Shown: positions 53,450 through 62,469 of the stretch, in pieces | Numbering within the stretch: the first letter of the stretch is position 1 | Layout: the number at the start of each line of letters is the position of its first letter | Assembly (NCBI GenBank): GCA_002898535.1 | Contig: BEHN01000007.1 | Location: 4,946 to 68,945, forward strand | DNA: 64,000 nt | DNA from: a bacterium HR11 | GTDB taxonomy: Bacteria; Acidobacteriota; HRBIN11 | Reading direction: 5' to 3' | The notes under the pieces: generated by a model | What the model saw: only the letters and a program-made list of their open reading frames with translations | What the model was told of the DNA's origin: nothing | Databases searched by the model: none | Position numbers and translations under genes: made by a program

Positions 53450-54312
53450 ACTTCGACGTCCTTGAAGAGATTCTGGACCTGACCGGACTGCTCGATTTCT
53501 CGAAGAAACTGTTCAAAGTAATCGTGGCGTTCCCATATCCGGGGGTCGACCCGACGCCGGTAATAGGCGTGGAACTCGGCGATCTCCCGACCCAGGGCCG
53601 AGCGCAGGTCGCCGGCCGCCAGGGCCGCCCGGACCCGGTCCATGTGGTACAGGATGAAGTCGGTCAGGAGGAGCCGGGCCAAGCGGCGGGCCTCTTCCTC
53701 ATCGCGGACCGTCGTCTCGGACTCGCCGGCCGGGGCGCGTCGGAGCAGGCGTTGAACGACCTCTTGGAAGCGGGGGATGGGGACGTCGGGCTCGATGTAC
53801 TCGTCGGCCCCATGGAATTGGACCGGCGGCCGGCGGTAGCGGCCCGGGTGGGTCAGCGAGGCCAACAGGATGACCGGCAAGTCCCGTAGGGCCCCATCCT
53901 GGCGGACCCGTTCGATGACCTCATAGCCCATCAGGCCGGGGAGCCACGCCTCGACGATGACCAAGTCCGGGGGGCTTCGGCGGACCGCCTCCCAGAGGGA
54001 CCGGCCGTCCGTGAAGATTTCCACGTCGGCCCCCATTTCCTGGACGAGGGGAGCCGTCAAGCGTTGAGCGACGCCCAGGTCGGCCGTCCCCATGTAGCAG
54101 AGGAAGGTCCGGACGGTCGCCGTCTGCGGTCGCATATAGTGCAGGACGTTCTGGAATCGAACGGGCGTCTCGGCCTCCGACCGCCGGACGACCAGGACGT
54201 GGCGGCACACGGGGCACCTCAGGCGGACCCCCGCGGCCTGAGGCTTCCAGGGGATCCGCAGACGCCGACCGCATCCCGTACACGTGACGGCAATCCGCTC
54301 AGAAGACTCCAT
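53446..54312 (-). CDS. zinc-ribbon (MJ0042-type) + pseudo-receiver domain protein
   Basis: Start at MESSERIAVTCTGCGRRLRIPW...LRCPVCRHVLVV (CxxC...CxxC). The receiver-like fold has Glu in place of the phospho-acceptor Asp (LVIVEAWLPG) and CYMGT in place of the acidic pair. The C-terminal about 100 aa domain is unassigned. Confidence 0.55.
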   Translation of the reverse strand: MESSERIAVTCTGCGRRLRIPWKPQAAGVRLRCPVCRHVLVVRRSEAETPVRFQNVLHYMRPQTATVRTFLCYMGTADLGVAQRLTAPLVQEMGADVEIFTDGRSLWEAVRRSPPDLVIVEAWLPGLMGYEVIERVRQDGALRDLPVILLASLTHPGRYRRPPVQFHGADEYIEPDVPIPRFQEVVQRLLRRAPAGESETTVRDEEEARRLARLLLTDFILYHMDRVRAALAAGDLRSALGREIAEFHAYYRRRVDPRIWERHDYFEQFLREIEQSGQVQNLFKDVEV

Positions 54313-54372
54313 GATCCTGCGAGCCCGACCGCTCGGGCGCTCCGTCCATACTCGTCTTACAGCCACGGCGGA

Positions 54373-55176
54373 TTATACCACAAGGGCCGAGCGGACGGAA
54401 CGGACCAGATCGGCGTCGATCGAGGTCCGGTCCTGGGCGAAGGCTTCCATCAGGGCCAGGTGAGCCAGGTGGTTGACGACGCGCGGATAGCCCTCCGAAA
54501 GAGCGGCGATCGCCTCGACGGCGTCCGGCCGGAAGGGCCCCGGCCAAGTGCCCCCGGCCTGTTCCCACCGGTGGCGGATGTAGGTCGGCACCTCCTCGGG
54601 CCGCAAGGGGACTAACCGAAGATGCATGCTGATGCGCTGGCGGAAAGCAGTGTAAGCCCGCCGCCGGAGGGTCGCCTCAATTTCCGGCTGGCCGACCAAG
54701 ACGATGCCCAAGAGGTTGGCCGTGTCCAGCTGAAGGTTGCTCAGGAAGCGGATCTCATCGAAGACGGCCTTGCCGGGTAGGAGATGGGCCTCGTCCAAGA
54801 CGAGGGCCGCGCCCTGGCCGCCCTGCCAGAGGTCGACAAGCCGGTCGGCCAACTGATTCATCAAGACGGAACGAGACCGGGCCGGCGGGACGTCCAAGGC
54901 CGTGGCCAGTTGGGTTAGCAGTTGGTAGGGCGTCATCCGGGGATAGACGAGGACGACGACCCGGATGGACGCCGCCTCAGCTTGCTGGAGGGCCGCCCGG
55001 ACGACGGTCGTCTTGCCGACCCCGACGGCCCCCGTCAGGAGGACCATCTCCCGCTCCTCGAGGGCATACTGAACCATGGCGAGGGCTTGCTCGTACTGGG
55101 GGAGCCAGCACACGTACCGGGGGTCCGGCGTGTTCCGGAAGGGCAGGTCCGTCAAACCGAAGTAGGCCTCGTACAT
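54373..55176 (-). CDS. ExeA/GspA-like AAA ATPase (AAA_16-type), no peptidoglycan-binding domain
   Basis: 267 aa: MYEAYFGLTDLPFRNTPDPRYVCWLPQYEQALAMVQYAL (ExeA N-terminus). Walker A is GAVGVGKTT, Walker B is LVLDEAH, followed by ...RFLSNLQLDTANLLGIVLVGQPE...RQRISMHLRLVPL... Confidence 0.7.
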   Translation of the reverse strand: MYEAYFGLTDLPFRNTPDPRYVCWLPQYEQALAMVQYALEEREMVLLTGAVGVGKTTVVRAALQQAEAASIRVVVLVYPRMTPYQLLTQLATALDVPPARSRSVLMNQLADRLVDLWQGGQGAALVLDEAHLLPGKAVFDEIRFLSNLQLDTANLLGIVLVGQPEIEATLRRRAYTAFRQRISMHLRLVPLRPEEVPTYIRHRWEQAGGTWPGPFRPDAVEAIAALSEGYPRVVNHLAHLALMEAFAQDRTSIDADLVRSVRSALVV

Positions 55177-55181
55177 GGGCT

Positions 55182-55365
55182 ATTCGGCCGTCCGGGAATT
55201 CGGGCGTCCGGTAATCCGGCCGTTCAGGAATTCAGCCGTCTGGCATAAAGGGTCGGGGGAGGTCACCCGGACCTACCGTCCAAGCCGGTGTATCCGGCCA
55301 CGGCCGGATTCCTGAACGCCCGAACTCCCGGACTGCCGGACGGCCGAGCTCCCGAATTCCCGAAT
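55182..55365. repeat. family B GAATTCGGG palindrome inside the che-like cluster (between AAA gene and cheA)
   Basis: CCGGGAATTCGGGCGTCCGGTAATCCGGCCGTTCAGGAATTCAGCCG ... GGATTCCTGAACGCCCGAACTCCCGGACTGCCGGACGGCCGAGCTCCCGAATTCCCGAATAGCCGG. Confidence 0.6.
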
Positions 55366-55374
55366 AGCCGGTCT

Positions 55375-57393
55375 TCACGTCCGCCGCGGGAAGACCCGCG
55401 CCGTCAAGCTGATGGGGTCCAGGACCAGGACGGGCCGGTCCTCGCCGATCTCGGCGGCCCCGCTGATGCCCCGAAGCTCCTGAAGACGGGCCGGGATCCG
55501 TTTGATGACGATCTCCTGCATCCGTTCGACCCCATCGACGCACAGGGCAAACCACTGCCGGCCGGCCCGACTGACGATGGCGAATCCCCCGTCCCGGGCG
55601 TCCGTCAGTCGAAAGATCTGACCCAGCCGGATCAAGGGGACCGTCCCCTCGTGGTAATGCAGGAGCTCCTGGCCCTCGACCTGTCGGAGATGCTCGGGCC
55701 GGACCTCGACGATTTCCTGGACCAGGGCGAGGGGGACGGCAAATCGCTCCGGGCCGACCCGGACGATCACGGCCGGGACGATGGCCAGCGTGATGGGGAG
55801 CGAGATCTCGAAGGTCGTTCCCTGACCGGCCTCCGTGTGGACCGTCACGGTCCCGTTCAGGCGCTCGATGGTCTGCTTGACGATGTCGAGGCCGACGCCC
55901 CGGCCCGAGACCTCGCCGACCCGTTCGGCCGAGGAGAACCCCGGCTCGAAGATGAGCCGCAGGACGTCCTGGACGGTGACCTCGGCCTGCTCGTCGATGA
56001 GGCCCATCTGGATGGCCCGCCGGCGGACCTTTTCCAACTGAATCCCCCGGCCGTCGTCGGCGATGCGCAGGGCGATCCGCTGACCGACCTGGGCCGCCTC
56101 GATACGGACCGTCCCCGTCTCGGGCTTCCCTTGCGCCCGTCGCTCGTCGGGTGCCTCGATGCCGTGATCGACGGCGTTTCGCAGGATGTGCACGAGAGGG
56201 TCCATGATGTGCTCGATGAGGACCTTATCGAGGCGGGTCTCGCCGCCCAGGAAGACCGTCTGGACCTGCTTGCCGGCCTGACGGGCCAGCCGGCGGACCA
56301 TCCGCTCCAGGCGGCCGTAGACCGTCCCGATGGGGACCAGCCGGAGCTCCAGCAAATGCCGTTGGGCTTCCCCCAGGCGGGTGGCCATCTCCTGGGTGAG
56401 CTGAAGGAGAGCTGTCAGGGAGCCGGCGATCTCCGGAAAACGGCTCTGGAGGTCTCGGATCAGGCTCTCCTGCCGGGACCGGAGGACGGCGGCCTCCCCC
56501 ACGACGTTCAGGACGGCATCCAGAGCCTGCAGGTCGACCCGGACGGAGCGGCTGAGGTCTCGTAGAAAGGCCGGCTCGGCCTCGGCTTCCGAGGGTTCGG
56601 CCTCGGCCTCGACGGCGGGCCGACCTGGCTCAGCCGGGGGTATGCCCTCGGGGGGGTACAGCAGGTCCAGCCGGGTCGGGGCGGTCGGAAGCAAGTCCCC
56701 CACGGCGTCCGGGGCTACCCGCGAGGCCCATAGCAGACGGAAACCGATCTGGTCCGGGTCGGTCCCGGCCTCCGGGAGCGTGCTGATGAGCTCGCCGTGC
56801 TGATTCAGGACGGCATTCGCCTCCCGGAGGACCCGGTCGAAGTCGGCGAAGGGCAGTCGAAGGTAAATCGAGTAGATACGCAGGCCCTGGCGGACCGCCT
56901 CCCGGAGACGGTGCTCCTCGTACTCGGTCAGCGACTGGCGAGTCGCCGCATCCAGGGCCAGACGGTCCAGGGGGTCGGCCTCGGCCGACAGGACGGGCCG
57001 TTGAATGCTTTCGACAAAGCGGTCGACGGCCTCGAGGGCTTGGTCCAGGTCGATGACCTCGGTCGTCCCGGCCGTCTCTTGGAGCAAGCGTTGAAGCGTC
57101 TCCAAAGAGTCGAACAGCAAGTCGACCAGGTGGGGCGACACGGGGATCTTCCCCAGACGGACCCGGTCGAGGACGTCCTCGAGCCGGTGGGTGTAAGTGC
57201 TCAGCCGCGTGTAGCCCAGCATGGCCGAGAGGCCCTTCAGGGAGTGATAGCTCCGAAAGAGCTGGTTCACGAGGTCGGCCTTGAACTGACCGACTCGGGC
57301 GTACTGCTCGAACTGCCGGAGGACGTTCCCGATGGCCTCCAGGATGTCCTGGGCCTCGGCCAGGAATTCGGGGTTCAGCTCTCGGGCGGCCAC
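55375..57393 (-). CDS. cheA: chemotaxis histidine kinase CheA (HPt - dimerisation - HATPase_c - CheW-like)
   Basis: Start taken at GTG (V119 of ORF 55375..57747), overlapping the cheY 3' end by 19 nt. Upstream codons are out-of-frame cheY sequence. The HPt domain is ...FRSYHSLKGLSAMLGY. The ATPase domain carries ...DDGRGIQLEKV...GRGVGLDIV... A C-terminal CheW-like domain is present. Confidence 0.85.
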   Translation of the reverse strand: MAARELNPEFLAEAQDILEAIGNVLRQFEQYARVGQFKADLVNQLFRSYHSLKGLSAMLGYTRLSTYTHRLEDVLDRVRLGKIPVSPHLVDLLFDSLETLQRLLQETAGTTEVIDLDQALEAVDRFVESIQRPVLSAEADPLDRLALDAATRQSLTEYEEHRLREAVRQGLRIYSIYLRLPFADFDRVLREANAVLNQHGELISTLPEAGTDPDQIGFRLLWASRVAPDAVGDLLPTAPTRLDLLYPPEGIPPAEPGRPAVEAEAEPSEAEAEPAFLRDLSRSVRVDLQALDAVLNVVGEAAVLRSRQESLIRDLQSRFPEIAGSLTALLQLTQEMATRLGEAQRHLLELRLVPIGTVYGRLERMVRRLARQAGKQVQTVFLGGETRLDKVLIEHIMDPLVHILRNAVDHGIEAPDERRAQGKPETGTVRIEAAQVGQRIALRIADDGRGIQLEKVRRRAIQMGLIDEQAEVTVQDVLRLIFEPGFSSAERVGEVSGRGVGLDIVKQTIERLNGTVTVHTEAGQGTTFEISLPITLAIVPAVIVRVGPERFAVPLALVQEIVEVRPEHLRQVEGQELLHYHEGTVPLIRLGQIFRLTDARDGGFAIVSRAGRQWFALCVDGVERMQEIVIKRIPARLQELRGISGAAEIGEDRPVLVLDPISLTARVFPRRT

Positions 57394-57821
57394 GCTGGCT
57401 CCTCCTGGGGCATAGACGGCAAGGCCTGTTCGTAACGAAGCCAGATCGTCCGGACGACCTGGGCCAGGTGGTCCGGCCGGAAGGGCTTGACGACGTAAGC
57501 GTCGGCCCCAAGGGCCATGCCCCGGCGCTGGTCCTCGGCGGCGCCCTCGGTCGACACGATGACGATGGGGATCTGGCGGTACGTCGGATGGGTCTTCAGG
57601 AAGCGGATGAGCTCCAGGCCGTTCATGTCCGGCATGTTGATGTCCGTGATGATGAGGTCGACGGCCAGGCCCGGCAGGAGCCGGAGGGCGTCGAAGCCGC
57701 TGGGGACCTCCAGGCTCTGGACGCCGGGGAAGAAGGCCTGGAGACACATCCGGATGTAGCCCCGCATCGTCTCCGAGTCCTCGATGACCATCACCGAACG
57801 CAGGGGCCGCCCTGCCGTCAT
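57375..57821 (-). CDS. cheY: CheY-like single-domain response regulator
   Basis: 148 aa: canonical receiver VMVIEDSETMRGYI...DLIITDINMPDMNGLEL...PIVIVSTEG...YVVKPF. Confidence 0.85.
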   Translation of the reverse strand: MTAGRPLRSVMVIEDSETMRGYIRMCLQAFFPGVQSLEVPSGFDALRLLPGLAVDLIITDINMPDMNGLELIRFLKTHPTYRQIPIVIVSTEGAAEDQRRGMALGADAYVVKPFRPDHLAQVVRTIWLRYEQALPSMPQEEPAWPPES

Positions 57822-59467
57822 CGGAATACCGCCTGACTCAGACGTCGGTTCAGGATGGCATTCTCGATGGCGAAACTCGCCTGATGGAGGAAGATCTCCA
57901 GATACGTCAGGTCGCCCAGGGGTCGGCCCGTGACGGCGTTATCCCCGTAGAAGAAGCCGACCGTCTGGTCCTGGACGACGAGGGGAATGATCACGTATTC
58001 CGAGGGCCGAAAGCGACCGATGGTCTGAACGAAGGCGTCCAGCCACGCCGACGCCTCGGCGGCCGACCGCCGGACGGGCTGGCCCGTCTGAGCGACGACC
58101 GCAAAGTCGCCGACGGGTTCGGGCAATCGGATTCGCCGGACCTTCAGGGGCATCGCTTCGTCGTCGCCCGTATCGCCGAATCCGCCGAGGCCGACGACGC
58201 CTTGCGGCGTGTTCAGAAACAGCAGGCCCCGGTCCAGGAATTCGGCGGCGAACTGCAGGATCAGGAGCGAGATCTGGGGCGCCTCGGAGGGATGCCGCAG
58301 GTCCGCCAGGGCCTGCTTCAATTGGGCCATGAGCTTCGAAAGGCGGGCCTCCGGGGTTTCTTCCTGGAAGGGCTCGTCCAGGCCGAGCTCCCGCCACAGC
58401 CGCTCCATGATGTCCGGGGCCGACGGCCTCGGCCGGGCGCTTTGAGTCGCCCGAAGCATTCGCAAATGGTCCAACAAGACTTGGGCCAAGATGTGGGCAT
58501 GCCCCCGGACCTCCCGCGGCGACCCCGCCGGGATGAAGGGGCTTTGCAAAAGGTGCACGTTCCATGCCCGTCGCAGGGCTTCATCCAGGTCCGGCTGGAT
58601 GTACCGGTACACCAGGAGGATGGGGACTCCACCGGCCCGTTGGCGGACGGCCTGAATCCACGCCAAGGGTTCCCGGAGTACGTCCACGTCCACGACGACG
58701 GTAACGTCCGAAGCCAGCCGCTGCCATTCGACGACCCGGTTCAGGATTTCGTCGGGGTTCGTCTCAGAAAGCTCGACGACGACAGCACCCCGCTGGATCA
58801 GCGTATGGGACAGGTACGACCGGACCACGGCTTGGGGGAACGCCAGGAGGACCGACAGGCCCTCCAACGAGGCTTCCGTCTCCGCCTCCTCCTCGGCTAA
58901 GCCGATGGCTCCGCCAGGCCCCGCCGGGGCGGTCGCCGGCCGCAAGAGCTGGCTCTCGTCCCGAAGTTTCATCGCATCCAATAAGAGTTGCTGGGCGTTC
59001 AGGCCCTTCTCCAGGAGGACCAGGTCGATGGGGTCGACCCGAATCTCGTCGTAGGGGATGATCTCGGTCAGATGAAAGGTAAAGGTGCCCCGCGGGAACT
59101 GAAGGAGTTCGTAGACAATCCGATAAATCTGCTGTTTGACGACCAGCTCGAGGGCTTCCCGGGTGAGCCACCCCTGCTGGACGAGGATCTGACCGAGGGG
59201 CTGATGGACCTTCTGCTGACGTTGCAAGGCGAGGGCCTGTGTTAGCTGATCGGGCTGGAGGACCCCGTACTCGACCAGAGCCTGGCCCAAGCTCTTCTGG
59301 TTCTTCCCCTGCAGGAGGGCGCTCACGACCTGGCCGTTCTTAAAAATGATGATGCCCCGCCGTCGGTCCTCGGATTCGACCTCCAGGATGCCCGTCCGCT
59401 TGCTGAGGCTGATGATCTGGATGATATCGGTCAATGACAAATCTTCCAGACTGCCCGTCAGGCTCAT
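57818..59467 (-). CDS. DUF4388/PATAN domain - receiver-like - GAF-like signalling protein (PatA/PixG-type regulator)
   Basis: 549 aa. The N-terminal DUF4388 domain is GSLEDLSLTDIIQIISLSKRTGILEVESEDRRRGIIIFKNGQVVSA...GTFTFHLTE. The middle receiver-like fold has no canonical phospho-Asp. The C-terminal part is GAF-like (...LLFLNTPQGVVGLGGFGD...). The 4-nt overlaps with nusB upstream and cheY downstream suggest coupling. Confidence 0.65.
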   Translation of the reverse strand: MSLTGSLEDLSLTDIIQIISLSKRTGILEVESEDRRRGIIIFKNGQVVSALLQGKNQKSLGQALVEYGVLQPDQLTQALALQRQQKVHQPLGQILVQQGWLTREALELVVKQQIYRIVYELLQFPRGTFTFHLTEIIPYDEIRVDPIDLVLLEKGLNAQQLLLDAMKLRDESQLLRPATAPAGPGGAIGLAEEEAETEASLEGLSVLLAFPQAVVRSYLSHTLIQRGAVVVELSETNPDEILNRVVEWQRLASDVTVVVDVDVLREPLAWIQAVRQRAGGVPILLVYRYIQPDLDEALRRAWNVHLLQSPFIPAGSPREVRGHAHILAQVLLDHLRMLRATQSARPRPSAPDIMERLWRELGLDEPFQEETPEARLSKLMAQLKQALADLRHPSEAPQISLLILQFAAEFLDRGLLFLNTPQGVVGLGGFGDTGDDEAMPLKVRRIRLPEPVGDFAVVAQTGQPVRRSAAEASAWLDAFVQTIGRFRPSEYVIIPLVVQDQTVGFFYGDNAVTGRPLGDLTYLEIFLHQASFAIENAILNRRLSQAVFR

Positions 59468-59940
59468 GCCCGTTGACTCCGGAGCTGATCCAGCAGGCCG
59501 TGAACGAACCGGAAGGCATCGTCCTCGGCAAAGGCCTTTGCCAGTTCCACGGCCTCATGGATGACCAGGGCCAGGTCCAGACCGTCGTGAAGGTACTCAA
59601 AGAGGGCGATCCGGAGGACGTTGCGGGTGACGGGACTCAGACGTTCCAGTTCCCAGTGATGGGCCAAGCGCTGGATAATGGCATCCAGTTCGGACTGATG
59701 CCGAAGGACGCCCGTGATCAGGTAACGGGCCCGCTCTAAGACGGCAGGTCGGGAGACCCCCAGCATCTTGAGGACCCCGGCCATCTTCTCCTCGACGTCC
59801 CCCGGGTCCAGCTCGAGACTATACAGGACCACCATCGCCAGCACGCGGGCCCGCCGGCGATTCGGCCATAAGGCCGGAAAGACGAACGAAAACCCTTCCA
59901 TCGCGGGGGACGACCGATCGGGACGGTGCTCCACGTTCAT
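59464..59940 (-). CDS. nusB: transcription antitermination factor NusB
   Basis: ...NRRRARVLAMVVLYSLELDPG...RNVLRIALFEYLH...FVHGLLD. The start is uncertain (M16 at 59940 or M29 at 59901 of ORF 59464..59985). Confidence 0.75.
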   Translation of the reverse strand: MNVEHRPDRSSPAMEGFSFVFPALWPNRRRARVLAMVVLYSLELDPGDVEEKMAGVLKMLGVSRPAVLERARYLITGVLRHQSELDAIIQRLAHHWELERLSPVTRNVLRIALFEYLHDGLDLALVIHEAVELAKAFAEDDAFRFVHGLLDQLRSQRA

Positions 59941-59954
59941 CGCTTGCCCAGACG

Positions 59955-60386
59955 TCACGCCGGGGTGTGGACCCACCGCAGACACTGCAGGACGGCCCGA
60001 GCGGCTTCATAACCCTTGTTACCCATCTTACCGCCGGCCCGTTCCAGCGCCTGCGAGAGATTGGCCGTCGTTACGATGCCAAGCCCAATGGGTATTTTAT
60101 GCTGGATGCTGATTTGTGCAAGCGCTGAGAACACCGCTTGGGCCAGATACGCATGATGATCGGTCTCACCCTGAATGATGGCCCCCAGTGCGATGACGCC
60201 GTCAGGCCGCCAGGTCTCGATCAGGTGCGCGACCCCCCAGGGAATTTCGAAAGACCCCGGGACTTCGAGAATCTGGAGGCTCGTCTCCGGGACCTGGGCT
60301 TCCTCCAAGGCCCGCCGGGCTCCCGCCAGGAGGCCCTGGACGACGACCTCGTTGTACCGGGCCACGACGATGCCGATACGGGTCAT
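59955..60386 (-). CDS. ribH: 6,7-dimethyl-8-ribityllumazine synthase
   Basis: Start at [23 protein letters not shown] (M104 of ORF 59955..60695). The rest of the listed ORF is an Arg/Gly-rich artefact. The sequence ...[18 protein letters not shown]... is in the ribH-nusB conserved pairing. Confidence 0.85.
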   Translation of the reverse strand: MTRIGIVVARYNEVVVQGLLAGARRALEEAQVPETSLQILEVPGSFEIPWGVAHLIETWRPDGVIALGAIIQGETDHHAYLAQAVFSALAQISIQHKIPIGLGIVTTANLSQALERAGGKMGNKGYEAARAVLQCLRWVHTPA

Positions 60387-61318
60387 GGCGCCACCCGATG
60401 GAACAGCCAGAGAAGCAGGGCTTTCTGCGTATGGAGACGGTTTTCGGCCTGGTCCCAGACGACCGAGGCCGGCCCGTCGATGACCTCGTCGGTGACCTCC
60501 TCCCCCCGATGGGCCGGCAGGCAGTGCATGAAGACGGCATCCGGCCGGGCCTGACTCATCAGGGCCACGTTCACCTGATAAGGCCGAAAGACTTTCAGCC
60601 GGTGGTCGCGCTCGTGCTCCTGGCCCATCGAGGCCCACACGTCCGTGTACACGGCGTCGGCCCCGGCGACGGCCTCGACGGGGTCCGAGGTCCACAGCAC
60701 ACTTCCCCCGCTCGACCGGGCATGCGACCGGGCCCGGTCGAGGACCTCGGGCCGGGGCTCAAAGCCCGGCGGCGTGGCGACCCGCACGTGCAGACCCAGC
60801 CGGGTCCCCGCCAAGAGCAGGGAGTGGCATACGTTGTTGCCGTCCCCCACGTAAGCCAGGCGGAGGCCCTCCAGGCGGCCCTTTTTCTCCCACAGCGTCA
60901 AGAGGTCCGCCAGGGCCTGACAGGGATGCAGGTAGTCGCTGAGACCGTTGATGACCGGGACCGAGGCGTACCGGGCCAGCGTCACGACGTCCGCATGGGC
61001 AAAGACCCGGGCGACGATCCCGTCGACGTACCGGCTCAGCACGCGAGCCGTGTCGGCGACCGTCTCGCCCCGGCCCAACTGGAGGTCCTGGGCGTTGAAG
61101 TACAAAGCGTGGCCCCCCATCTGAAGCATGGCGACCTCGAAGGACACCCGCGTCCGGGTCGACGGCTTTTGGAAGATCATGCCCAGGACCCGGCCGTTTA
61201 GCTCGTGGGCGTATCGCTCGGGGGCCTGCTTGACTTCCCGGGCCAGCCGGAGAAGCCCCCGCAGGGTCTCGACAGACACGTCGTCGGTGTCCAGAAAGTG
61301 ACGCACGTCGGTCGGCAT
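60383..61318 (-). CDS. argF: ornithine carbamoyltransferase
   Basis: Start at [15 protein letters not shown]... Carbamoyl-phosphate motif STRTRVSFE. Ornithine-binding motifs [16 protein letters not shown] and FENVIDH... The 4-nt overlap with ribH is at the ATG. Confidence 0.85.
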   Translation of the reverse strand: MPTDVRHFLDTDDVSVETLRGLLRLAREVKQAPERYAHELNGRVLGMIFQKPSTRTRVSFEVAMLQMGGHALYFNAQDLQLGRGETVADTARVLSRYVDGIVARVFAHADVVTLARYASVPVINGLSDYLHPCQALADLLTLWEKKGRLEGLRLAYVGDGNNVCHSLLLAGTRLGLHVRVATPPGFEPRPEVLDRARSHARSSGGSVLWTSDPVEAVAGADAVYTDVWASMGQEHERDHRLKVFRPYQVNVALMSQARPDAVFMHCLPAHRGEEVTDEVIDGPASVVWDQAENRLHTQKALLLWLFHRVAP

Positions 61319-61330
61319 GACGCAGGGTCT

Positions 61331-61465
61331 CAATGAGGAATGAGGATTGAGGAATGTGGAATGGAATTCCCCATTCCTCACCCCTCATTCCTCATTCCTC
61401 ATTCCCCATTCCCCATTCCTCACTCCTCACTCCTCACTCCCCATTCCTCATTCCCCATTCCTCCC
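61331..61465. repeat. family F palindrome (AATGAGGAATGAGGATTGAGGAATGTGGAATGGAATTCCCCATTCCTCA...CCATTCCTCATTCCCCATTCC)
   Basis: 7-bp periodic inverted arrays lie between the dCMP deaminase stop and the argF start. Confidence 0.6.
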
Positions 61466-62464
61466 ATCCCGCCCCAGGACCCGAAGCCGCACGCCGGCCT
61501 CCCGGAAGAGGGCGACGACGGCCGACTCCAGGGGATACGGGCTTTCGTAGACGACCTCGGCGATCCCGGCGTTGATGATCATCTTGGCACACGTGATGCA
61601 CGGGGACAGGGTACAGTAAAGCGTGGCGTCCCGCAACGAAATCCCGTGGTAGGCCGCCTGGGTGATGGCGTTCTCCTCGGCGTGGGAGCACAGGCAGACG
61701 TCCAGTTGGGTCCCGCTCTGGCCCAGGGCCCGACAGCGGGCACAGCCGCCCTCGTTGCAGTTGCGGACGCCCCGGGGCGTGCCGTTGTAACCCGTCGAAA
61801 TGATCCGCCGGTCCTTGACGACGATGGCCGCCACCTTCCGTTTCAGACAATTACTCCGAAGGGCCACGACCTTGGCGATCTGCATGAAGTACTCGTCCCA
61901 ATCGGGTCGCGTCTGGCGCAGGAAGAAAGGGAGGAGGACCTCCCGGAGGCGCTCGTAGAGGGCCTCGATCGTATCGTCGTTCTCGACGACCACGTCGGCC
62001 ATCGCCTCGCAGGCCGGGATCTGCTGGGCCAGGGGGTCGGGGTTGGCGACCTCGGCCTGCTCGATGCGCTCGAACTCCTCCCACGTCTGGGGGTCGTTCT
62101 CCCGGCCCCGCCGGCGGAGCCGCTCAAATCGGACTTCCGGCCGGGCGACGACGGCGACCAGCAGAAAGTCGGGCCGGCCCCGCAGGACCTCGACTTCCCG
62201 AGGATGGCGGATGGAATCGATCACGTAGTTCTTTTCCGGGTCCATCCGCCGGAGGACCCGCTCGGCCAAGATGCCCGGCCCCAGGCGGCGGCGGAACTCG
62301 ACGCCGTAACGGATGAGGTTCTCTCGCGTGATAGAGATGCCGTGCTCCCGGAGGAGCGACCGGAGTTCGTCCGAAAGGGACAGGTAGATGAAGCCGAGCC
62401 GCTCCAGCCAGGCGGCGACGGTGCCCTTTCCGGCGGCGTTACGTCCCGTGAGGCCGATGATCAT
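61448..62464 (-). CDS. fusion protein: N-terminal P-loop nucleoside/nucleotide-kinase-like domain + C-terminal dCMP deaminase (zinc-dependent cytidine/deoxycytidylate deaminase)
   Basis: 338 aa. The N-terminal P-loop is MIIGLTGRNAAGKGTVAAWLERLGF (dephospho-CoA kinase / dNMP kinase-like). The C-terminal half, from YFMQIAKVVALRSNC, is a deoxycytidylate deaminase with ...GYNGTPRGVRNCNEGGCARC...CLCSHAEENAI...SPCITCAKMII (H/C-xE...PCxxC zinc motif). Confidence 0.7.
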   Translation of the reverse strand: MIIGLTGRNAAGKGTVAAWLERLGFIYLSLSDELRSLLREHGISITRENLIRYGVEFRRRLGPGILAERVLRRMDPEKNYVIDSIRHPREVEVLRGRPDFLLVAVVARPEVRFERLRRRGRENDPQTWEEFERIEQAEVANPDPLAQQIPACEAMADVVVENDDTIEALYERLREVLLPFFLRQTRPDWDEYFMQIAKVVALRSNCLKRKVAAIVVKDRRIISTGYNGTPRGVRNCNEGGCARCRALGQSGTQLDVCLCSHAEENAITQAAYHGISLRDATLYCTLSPCITCAKMIINAGIAEVVYESPYPLESAVVALFREAGVRLRVLGRDGRNGE

Positions 62465-62469
62465 GGGGT

